A stretch of DNA of 10,031 nt from Octopus sinensis (taxonomy: Eukaryota): positions 1 to 10,031 of the forward strand of contig NW_021827650.1 in assembly GCF_006345805.1 (NCBI RefSeq), given 5' to 3'. Made by a program: the position numbers and the translations under genes. The notes under the pieces are model-generated. The model worked only from the letters and a program-made list of their open reading frames with translations, had not been told where the DNA came from and ran no database searches. Positions 1-6,230 of this stretch are shown here, in pieces (positions within the stretch are counted from its first letter, which is position 1; every line of letters begins with the position of its first letter).

Positions 1-40
1 CCCCAGCATGGCCGTAGTCCAAGGACTGAAACATGTAAAA
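1..40 (+). mobile_element. SINE family B 3' tail, cut by the window edge
   Basis: CCCCAGCATGGCCGTAGTCCAAGGACTGAAACATGTAAAA matches the tail of the family-B copy at 3055-3428 (CTCCAGCTTTGCCGCAGTCAAATGACTGAAACAAGTAAAA). Confidence 0.75.
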
Positions 41-260
41 TATTAAGAGGAAAATACATTAGTATTGGCCCAGCTACTACAGGGGTCATAAAAAATCCGT
101 TTAATATTCTTAATTCAAGTCAGTATTATTATATTTACAGAGAGCTTAAGAAATAAGCTAACTAGGAGAGTAATTATTCCATGTAATTTTATGCATTTGA
201 GTGAGTATTAGCCTATTCTAATATAGGGTTAACAAAAATAGCTGTAATAGTATATATTCA

Positions 261-478
261 AAGGCGGCGAACTGGCAGACACGTTAGCACGCCGGGCGAA
301 ATGCTCACCTGTATTCCGTCTGTCTTTACGTTCTGAATTCAAATTCCGCCGAGGTCGACTTTGCCTACATCCTTTCGGGGTGGATAAATTAAGTACCAGT
401 CGCGTACTGGGGTTGATCTAGTCGACTGACCCCCTTCCCAACAAATTTCGTGTCTTGTGCCTAGAGTAGAAAAGAATA
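261..478 (+). mobile_element. tRNA-derived SINE family A, monomer
   Basis: Box A-like TGGCAGACACGTTAG, box B-like GAATTCAAATTCC, core GTCGACTTTGCCTACATCCTTTCGGGGTGGATAAATTAAGTACCAG, tail CTTGTGCCTAGAGTAGAAAAGAATA. Homologous to the copies at 492, 4918, 6231 and 8827. Confidence 0.9.
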
Positions 479-491
479 CTGACAGAAGTTT

Positions 492-887
492 AAGGCGGTG
501 AGCTGGCAGAATCGTTAGCACAGCGGGCGAAATGCTTGGCGATATTTCGTCTGCCGTTACGTTCTGAGTTCTAATTCCGCCGAGGTCGACTTTGCCTTTC
601 ATCCTTTCGGAGTCGATTAAATAAGTACCAGTTACGCACTGGGGTCGATATGATCGACTAAATCCGTTTGTCTCTCCCCTCTGTGTGTAGCCCCTTGTGG
701 ACAGTAAAGAAATAAGTACTTCGTCTGTCTTTACGTTTTGAGTTCAAATTCCGCCGAGGTCGACTTTGCCTTTCATACTTTCGGGGTCGATAAATTAAGT
801 ACCAGTCGCGTACTGGGATTGATCTAATCGACTGACCCCTCACCCCGCCACAAATTTCGGGCCTTGTGCCTAGAGTAGAAAAGAATA
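492..887 (+). mobile_element. Dimeric SINE family A (full left arm plus 5'-truncated right arm)
   Basis: The left arm (492 to ~714) has head and core and ends in AGTAAAGAAATA. The right arm restarts inside the tRNA head (TTCGTCTGTCTTTACG, box B GAGTTCAAATTCC) and runs to the GAGTAGAAAAGAATA tail. Same architecture as 8827-9231. Confidence 0.9.
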
Positions 888-961
888 GTATATATATACA
901 AGTGGGTATTCACATATTTGATATAGGGGAGTATAAAGGGCGCAAACTAGAAGTAGATTAT

Positions 962-1329
962 TGGTATTCTTCTTTTGCACCATGTTCAGAATTTAGCATA
1001 TAAGCGACCATGTTCTGCTAGAATTCTCAGTTCCTTGTTCTCTGCAGCAGTTCCACTTTCTGGTGTTTAATGCCTCTTTCTTACAACCAGTTCGTTAAGT
1101 TTGAGATCAATATCATCCGTCCCCTTTCTCTACTTCTTTACCTTTGAATCTTTCTAGGCATCGCTAAATTCTACTGGCTCTCTTTCCTCGTCATATGACC
1201 AAAAATTCTCGATTGCTTGGTCCTGTTCTCCCAAAGCAGTTCCCTATTCATCGCAGCCCGGGTCATCACTTCTTCATTAGACACTTTGCCTAGCCATGTT
1301 ATCCTATCTTCCAATATTCTCTTTAAGAA
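962..1329 (-). mobile_element. Decayed RTE-clade LINE, 3' end of the RT ORF
   Basis: The minus strand translates in one frame as FLKRILEDRITWLGKVSNEEVMTRAAMNRELLWENRTKQSRIFGHMTRKESQ*NLAMPRKIQR*RSRERGRM...ELLQRTRN*EF*QNMVAYMLNSEHGA. This fits the RTE C-terminal pattern RILxIxWxxKVSNEEV...FGHxxR...GKRxRGR. Several in-frame stops; not in the ORF track. Confidence 0.85.
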
Positions 1330-1356
1330 TCAAATTATGTGATAAATTATTCTATG

Positions 1357-1441
1357 CACACAACACACACACACACACACACACACAACACACACACACA
1401 CACACACACACAACACACACAACATACACACACACACACAC
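1357..1441. repeat. (CA)n microsatellite with CAA interruptions
   Basis: Read directly from the sequence. Confidence 0.97.
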
Positions 1442-1559
1442 TTAATTTTTTCAATATCTGTTCACACACGACAGACACCCTGGAAACCTGGAAATACGTA
1501 TAAAACTACTAGTGAATAGCCCAGGATAAAATTGTAGGCGGACGAGCTTTATAATCTTC

Positions 1560-1616
1560 CATACATACATACATTCATACATCCATTACATGTGGTGTGT
1601 GTGTGTGTGTGTGTGT
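1560..1616. repeat. (ATAC)n followed by (TG)n microsatellite
   Basis: Read directly from the sequence. Confidence 0.9.
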
Positions 1617-1760
1617 ATACGAATGGTTTTGTTAGCAATGTTGAGTTTTACATCCTGTAAGTAATAATAATAATGGTATATATCCTAAGTTAAAGCTTAT
1701 GCGATCACTGTGCAATGACTAAGGAAAATAGTCTAATAAAGGGGCCTATAAGCCCTCGAC

Positions 1761-1804
1761 AAAAAAAAAAAGGTTTTCTCGTAAGTGCGGGACTCGAAAC
1801 CCAC
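1761..1804 (-). pseudogene. Possible tRNA 3'-half relic with oligo-T terminator
   Basis: The minus strand reads GTGGG-TTTCGAGT-CCCGC-ACTTACGAGAAAACC-T11. This is a T-arm/box B-like hairpin followed by a Pol III-type T run. No 5' half; a (TA)n tract lies there instead. Confidence 0.35.
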
Positions 1805-1848
1805 ATATATATATATAATATAATATATATATATATTATATATATATA
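1805..1848. repeat. Imperfect (TA)n microsatellite
   Basis: Read directly from the sequence. Confidence 0.95.
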
Positions 1849-1954
1849 TTCATCTGCTTTATCCAAAAACTCTTGACTAACAGTTACATGAAACTCTGAG
1901 TAACAGTTTGTGAAGTATTTTTTTTTGCCTTTAATAAAACAGTAATTATAAATC

Positions 1955-1968
1955 TGTGTGTGTGTGTG

Positions 1969-2001
<33 letters not shown>
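1955..2001. repeat. (TG)n microsatellite
   Basis: Read directly from the sequence. Confidence 0.95.
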
Positions 2002-2002
<1 letters not shown>

Positions 2003-2004
<2 letters not shown>

Positions 2005-2205
2005 AACAAGAAGACTGGTGTGAGCGAGTCTTTTTAATACATCAATTTATAATTGTTTTATTTGAATTTGGTCTCATGAATCTTGCCAGAGTTTGGCAAG
2101 ATTAGTAAATGTCATAATATGGCAAAGATTGATGAGATCAAATTCAATGAAACAATTGTAAATTGATGCATTAAAAAAGACTCGCGCACACTCCAGTCTT
2201 GTTTG
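2003..2205. mobile_element. Foldback/MITE-like element with ~85 bp inverted arms, flanked by TA (Tc1/mariner-type signature)
   Basis: 2004-2088 aligns to the reverse complement of 2120-2204 with 6 substitutions and 5 small indels. TA occurs at 2001-2002 and 2206-2207. The inverted repeat is certain; the superfamily assignment is inferred from the TA flanks only. Confidence 0.65.
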
Positions 2206-2334
2206 TAATTATAAAAACTCCTCGGATATTTATAGACTTTCAGACATATGTTTATATTAAAACAATCTTCAAATTACTGAATCTGTGGATGAGATTAATG
2301 CGGTTAACTCCCGGGGGTAACACCCAAAGAAAAT

Positions 2335-2379
2335 TATATATGATATATATATATATTATATATATATATATATATATAT
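2335..2379. repeat. (TA)n microsatellite
   Basis: Read directly from the sequence. Confidence 0.95.
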
Positions 2380-2384
2380 GATGC

Positions 2385-2515
2385 TTTTTTTTTTACTTGT
2401 TTCAGTCATTGACTGTTGTCATGCTGGAGTTCCATCTTTAATTGTTTAGTCGCAGAAATAGACATGAAGATTCATTTTTTAAAGTCTGAGCCTTATTCTA
2501 TCGGTCTTTTTTGCC
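2385..2515 (-). mobile_element. SINE family B, diverged 3' part
   Basis: TTTTACTTGTTTCAGTCATTGACTG...ATGCTGGAG and CTTATTCTATCGGTCTTTTTTGCC are reverse complements of the tail and core of 3055-3428. Confidence 0.85.
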
Positions 2516-2564
2516 TAATTGCATAAATATTGTGTGAAAAATCTTTGGATAGAAAATGTCGAAG

Positions 2565-2630
2565 GCTGTCTGTCAGACTCGAACCTATACTCCTGCCAAC
2601 ATCGCAGGCATTCTACTATTGGATCAAAGC
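2565..2630 (-). pseudogene. Degenerate tRNA-like sequence (tRNA pseudogene or SINE head)
   Basis: The minus strand reads GCTTTGATCCAATAGTAGAATG-CCTGC-GATGTTG-GCAGG-AGTATAGGTTCGAGTCTGACAGACAGC. It has a box A-like region, a perfect 5 bp stem with a 7 nt loop (central TGT) and box B GGTTCGAGTC. Acceptor and T stems pair poorly. Confidence 0.5.
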
Positions 2631-2694
2631 AATATTTCGTATGTCTCTATCGATTTTAGAAATTTTATTCTGAAAATGAAAAAATTAGAGAGCT

Positions 2695-2733
2695 TTACTT
2701 TGGTCCAATGGTAAAATGCCTGTCTTGTTCACA
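2695..2733 (+). pseudogene. 5' half of a second, related tRNA-like sequence, divergently oriented to 2565-2630
   Basis: TTACTTTGGTCCAATGGTAAAATGCCTGTCTTGTT matches the reverse complement of 2598-2632 at 28/35 positions. Confidence 0.45.
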
Positions 2734-2843
2734 AAAAGAATACTTTTTCCATACTTGCTTTTATTTAGCTTAATCTACTTTGAGCTCCACTGTTAAAAAT
2801 GATGCAGTTCATATATCTATCTGTATGCATATATGTGTTTATG

Positions 2844-2963
2844 GCTTATAGCCATATCATGCTGAAAACACCGGTTCTCGTCTGATGAGCGAACTTAAGC
2901 AGTGTCGAGCCTAATTAGTACTTAGATGGATGACAGCTTGAGAAACATAAGTGCTGAAAGCAT
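2844..2963 (+). pseudogene. Full-length (120 nt) degenerate 5S rRNA copy
   Basis: GCTTATAGCCATATCATGCTGAAAACACCGGTTCTCGTCTGATGAGCGAACTTAAGCAGTGTCGAGCCTAATTAGTACTTAGATGGATGACAGCTTGAGAAACATAAGTGCTGAAAGCAT is colinear with metazoan 5S rRNA (blocks TCTCGTCTGAT, TAAGCAG, TTAGTACTTxGATGG, GTGCTG). Many transitions, including in box A and box C, and no oligo-T terminator. Confidence 0.9.
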
Positions 2964-3029
2964 ATCGACATTGTTAGAGGCAATACTCCAGAATGGCCAG
3001 AGCATTGGGGCTGAAACATATAAAAGAAT
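2964..3029 (+). mobile_element. SINE family B-type 3' tail directly abutting the 5S copy
   Basis: CTCCAGAATGGCCAGAGCATTGGGGCTGAAACATATAAAAGAAT resembles the tails at 1-40, 2385-2430 (minus) and ~3375-3428 (CTCCAG..TGGCC..CTGAAACA..TAAAAGAAT). Confidence 0.7.
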
Positions 3030-3054
3030 ATATATATATATACATACATATATA

Positions 3055-3174
3055 GGCAGAGGCGTCGTTGTGTGGCAACTTGGGCAAGTGTTTCTATTAT
3101 AACCTCTGACCGACCAAAGCCTTGTGAGTGGATTTGGTAGACGGAAACTGAAAGATGCCCGTCATGTATACATG

Positions 3175-3218
<44 letters not shown>

Positions 3219-3428
3219 TTTGTCCCCCTACCATCGCTTGACAACCGATGTTCGTGTGTTTACATCCCCGTAACTTAGCGGTTCCGCAAAAGAAACCGAT
3301 AGAATAAGTACTAGGCTTACAAAGAATAAGTCCTGGGGTCGATTTCTTCTATTAAAAAAAAACCTTTAATGGAGTGCTCCAGCTTTGCCGCAGTCAAATG
3401 ACTGAAACAAGTAAAAGAATAAAAGAAT
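3055..3428 (+). mobile_element. SINE family B with internal (TG)n and a head deletion
   Basis: GGCAGAGGCGTCGTTGTGTGG is joined to CAACTTGGGCAAGTG. Compared with the head at 5415, the segment between two GTGG motifs (including box B) is missing. The body contains GACCAAAGCCTTGTGAGTGGATTTGGTAGACGGAAACTGAAAG and a (TG)n, and the tail ends GACTGAAACAAGTAAAAGAATAAAAGAAT. Confidence 0.9.
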
Positions 3429-3459
3429 GTCTTTGTCCAACCAGTCGCCATGATTGACC

Positions 3460-3637
3460 GCTAACTCCACAAGTTTTTCTATTCTCTCTCTGTTTCTTTT
3501 CCTGTTATTCCTCTCTGTTGAAGAGCGTAGGCTCGAAACGTAAAAGACTGTCTCACGATCCCGAGCGTCAAACTATTACACCTGCTTGTGGTTTATACAA
3601 CTGTCTTCGTCTTTTGTTTTTCTGTAAATTTCAACTA
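3460..3637 (+). mobile_element. Penelope-like terminal repeat fragment with hammerhead-like core
   Basis: TTGAAGAGCGTAGGCTCGAAACGTAAAA at 3518-3545, followed by GAGCGTCAAACTATTACA and a pyrimidine-rich end running into a microsatellite. Homologous to the minus-strand copy at 3739-3935. The PLE label is inferred from the TGAnGA...CGAAACGT terminal motif. Confidence 0.5.
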
Positions 3638-3653
3638 TACACACACACGCACG

Positions 3654-3719
<66 letters not shown>

Positions 3720-3738
3720 CACACACACATATATATAT
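3638..3738. repeat. Compound (CA)n/(CACG)n/(TA)n microsatellite
   Basis: Read directly from the sequence. Confidence 0.97.
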
Positions 3739-3935
3739 AATGAATCCAAACAAAGAAGAACAAACGAGAAAAAAACAACAACGCAAGGACGTGGTATAAG
3801 TACTGTATTATCAGACGCTCAAGAAAGGAAAGAAAGAGAATTTTACGTTTCGAGCAAAGTTCTTCAGAATTAGAGGAAAGTCCAAAAGAAGGGAAGACGG
3901 AGGAAGAAAATCGCCAAGAATACACATGTGGTTAC
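3739..3935 (-). mobile_element. Second Penelope-like terminal fragment with hammerhead-like core, convergent with 3460-3637
   Basis: The minus strand reads CTGAAGAACTTTGCTCGAAACGTAAAA (3867-3841), then GAGCGTCTGATAATACA and a pyrimidine-rich end running into (TA)n. Confidence 0.5.
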
Positions 3936-3962
3936 ATATATATATATATATATATATATATA
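3936..3962. repeat. (TA)n microsatellite
   Basis: Read directly from the sequence. Confidence 0.95.
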
Positions 3963-4067
3963 CATGACCCAATATCTACATGCTTTTATTTATAGCTTTA
4001 TTTGCTTCGAGATTCATCGTTTCTAAAAAGAATTAGTTTACGTTCTCAAAGTGACATAATTCTTTTG

Positions 4068-4142
4068 ATATATATATGTGTGTGTGAATATAAGTTTGTG
4101 CGTATGCGCGCGCGCATGTGTGTGTGTGTGTGTGTGCGTGTG
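4068..4142. repeat. Compound (TA)/(TG)/(GC) alternating purine-pyrimidine tract
   Basis: Read directly from the sequence. Confidence 0.9.
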
Positions 4143-4428
4143 CCGTCGTTAAGCTGAAAGTGTGGGTAAACGTCGTAAAATGATTTACAAAATATCCATT
4201 AATAACTCCTAAACAGTCGCAAGGTGGCAGTAGAAAGCAATTATATAACAGTATAATAAGTTATCTAATTTATCTCAACTAATTATGTCAATTTTAATGA
4301 CAAGCAGTTTGACTAAATCATGACGGACTGCTAGTTATTGGATTTCTCAATGGGAAATAATTTGTTAGTCTAACCTGAACTTAATCTTTATTCATCTATC
4401 AATTTTTATTGAGAGAAATTAGTCTTAA

Positions 4429-4651
4429 CCCATTAAGTCCCACTGTCCTATAAATAGGACACTAGATGACAACATTAAATAAGCTATATCACATTGTCTC
4501 AGTGTCCTATTTATAGGACACCGAGTATTTCAGTTTCTACTTGAAGTAAAGGGGTTTTAATAATTATTTTTTTCATTTTAACCCATTTTCAATCATCTGT
4601 AAAAATTTAAAAGTAACATTCAGAAATTTAAGTACTCTGGGACTTAATGAG
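4429..4651. mobile_element. piggyBac-type MITE (223 bp)
   Basis: Left end TTAA|CCCATTAAGTCCCA (4425-4442), right end TGGGACTTAATGAG|CTAA (4638-4655). The 14 bp TIRs match at 13/14 and start with CCC, and the TSD is TTAA with one mismatch. Two internal palindromes at 4444-4461 and 4502-4521. Confidence 0.75.
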
Positions 4652-4917
4652 CTAATTAACGATCAAAAACAAATGTGAAAAACTACCTATTATCGGAAAA
4701 TTTGTACCTTTTTACTTTTAAAGTTTTAATAAGAATGAAAGATATCCAGAGTTATCCCCCATCGTTACTGTAATAATCAAATTCAGGTTGCAACAATAGT
4801 GTTCCGTTCTTCAACGAATATTTTTCTACTTAGTGTTCTTTTGTATTCTATGTATTAAATACATTAATACTAAAGTATGTAACTTAAATACATACTATTA
4901 CAATGGATAAATATTTT

Positions 4918-5138
4918 AAAGCGGCGAACTGGCAATAACGTTAGCACGCCGGGCGAAATGCTTAGCGATATTTCATCTGTCTTTACGTTCTGAGTTTAAA
5001 TTCCGCTGAGGTCCACTTTGCCTTTCATCCTTTCGGGGTAGATAAATTAAGTACCAATCAGTTGCGTACTGAGATCGATCTAATCTAATGGCCCCCTCAC
5101 CCAAAATTTCGGGCCTTGAGCCTAATGTAGAAAAGAAT
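4918..5138 (+). mobile_element. SINE family A monomer with a 16 bp target-site duplication
   Basis: Full head, core and tail. Flanked by AATGGATAAATATTTT (4902-4917) and AATGAATAAATATTTT (5136-5151), one mismatch. Confidence 0.92.
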
Positions 5139-5216
5139 GAATAAATATTTTTCTTATTAGGTTTTTTTCTTTTTATGCTTAGAGCATTGGGTCTATATAC
5201 GGGCGATATAAAAGCT

Positions 5217-5248
5217 GGTTGGTTGGTTGGTTGGTTGGTCGGTTGGTT
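5217..5248. repeat. (GGTT)n microsatellite
   Basis: Read directly from the sequence. Confidence 0.95.
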
Positions 5249-5414
5249 TCTCCAGTCAGGCGGAGAGATAGAAAAAGAGAGCAAAAGAGCATAAAAAGCC
5301 TGGGACGACTGTCATGTGAATTTCTGAAAATACACATTTTTTAAATAAAATTATGCTGAGGAAGGTCTTCGATGGATTCTGATTATGTTGATAAAATTTA
5401 GAAAAAATTATATC

Positions 5415-5483
5415 GTCGCAGGCGTGGCATTGTGGTAAGAAGCTTGCTTCCCAGTCACACGGCTCCGGGATCGGTGGCACCTT
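5415..5483 (+). mobile_element. SINE family B tRNA-like head, followed by a non-family-B segment
   Basis: GTCGCAGGCGTGGCATTGTGGTAAGAAGCTTGCTTCCCAGTCACACGGCTCCGGGATCGGTGGCACCTTG. It shares GGCGTxGxxGTG(T)GG and GTGGCAxCTTG with 3055 and 8790. Confidence 0.8.
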
Positions 5484-5524
5484 GTGACAGACAATGATAG
5501 ATGTGTAAATAAATCAGTCGATTT

Positions 5525-5644
5525 GCGTGCGTGCGTACGTGTGTGCGCGCGCGTGTGTGTGTGTGTGTGTGTGTGCATGTGCGTGCGTGCGTGCGTGCGT
5601 GCGTGCGTGTGTGTGTGTGTGTGTGTGCATGTGTGTGTGTGTGT
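5525..5644. repeat. Compound (TGCG)n/(TG)n microsatellite
   Basis: Read directly from the sequence; it is the source of ORFs 5455-5682, 5484-5705 and 5527-5733. Confidence 0.97.
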
Positions 5645-5982
5645 TTATAAACAAAGAAGGAGAGAGAGAAAAGACAAAACACGAGATTGTTTATCAGAAA
5701 CTTAGTTATCAGATCTTACGTACATTTCATTAACAATTATTATATGTTGTAATCTATATAGCTTCAAATCTTCAAAGACGTGTAATCATTATACGTAACA
5801 TTATTGGAATATTAAATTTTCGACAGAACTTACCATCATGGGAATATTCACGTACAAAGACACACAATAACTAAGTCTATGAAGATGGAGGATAAGAGGG
5901 GATACATTTTATAAGATAAAATACGTTACTTCCTACAACTTTTCTTGTTTACACTCAAATAGCATCAACCACAGCAGCAGCG

Positions 5983-6196
5983 ATAATAATAATTGGTTCT
6001 AATTTTTGACAGCAGCTTTGAAGGGATGGGGGTCGATTACATCGACGTCAATGCTCAAGTGGTACTTATTTTAACGGCTATGAAAAAATGAAAGACAGAG
6101 ACAACCTCGGCCGAATTTGAAATCAAATGTTAAAGACGGACTAAATAGCGCTAAACATTTTGTCCGGCATGCTAACGGTTCTGCCAGCTCGCCATC

Positions 6197-6197
<1 letters not shown>
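5983..6197 (-). mobile_element. Older, diverged SINE family A copy
   Basis: The reverse complement starts AGATGGCGAGCTGGCAGAACCGTTAGCATGCCGGACAAAATG, has box B-like GATTTCAAATTCGG, core AAATAAGTACCA and GTCGATGTAATCGAC, and ends in ATT repeats. Confidence 0.8.

Positions 6198-6230
<33 letters not shown>
6198..6230. repeat. (AAT)11 microsatellite (3' tail of the minus-strand SINE at 6231-6444)
   Basis: Perfect AAT repeat directly abutting CCTTTCTACT, the reverse complement of the SINE end AGTAGAAAGG. Confidence 0.95.

Noticed and set aside
77-100. TACAGGGGTCATAAAA resembling a Tc1/mariner TIR start
   Set aside because: No matching inverted end was found in the window.
339-843. ORFs 339-602, 658-843 and the similar 4973-5284 with recurring peptides (GKVDLGGI, VRDWYLIY)
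   Set aside because: They are antisense translations of SINE family A copies; the peptide similarity only reflects the repeat.
261-887. Repeated conserved blocks with variable spacers could suggest a CRISPR-like array
   Set aside because: The units are ~200 bp SINE arms with tRNA boxes and TSDs, there is no regular repeat-spacer periodicity, and the context is eukaryotic with no cas genes.
1942-2215. Direct repeat GTAATTATAAA at 1942-1952 and 2205-2215 as an alternative TSD for the foldback element
   Set aside because: It is AT-rich and would require the (TG)n tract to be part of the element. TA flanks immediately at the arm ends are simpler. Not fully excluded.
2844-2963. Apparent excess of G-to-A changes in the 5S copy (possible cDNA deamination)
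   Set aside because: C-to-T changes are also common, the true source 5S sequence is not available to me, and the counts are too small to separate from ordinary AT-biased decay.
2844-2963. Functional 5S rRNA gene
   Set aside because: Substitutions in box A, box C and the helices, no T-run terminator and no tandem array.
2915-5733. ORFs rich in HT/CV/YI dipeptides (2915-3244, 3518-3799, 5455-5733)
   Set aside because: They are stop-free readings of (CA)/(TG)/(TA) microsatellites.
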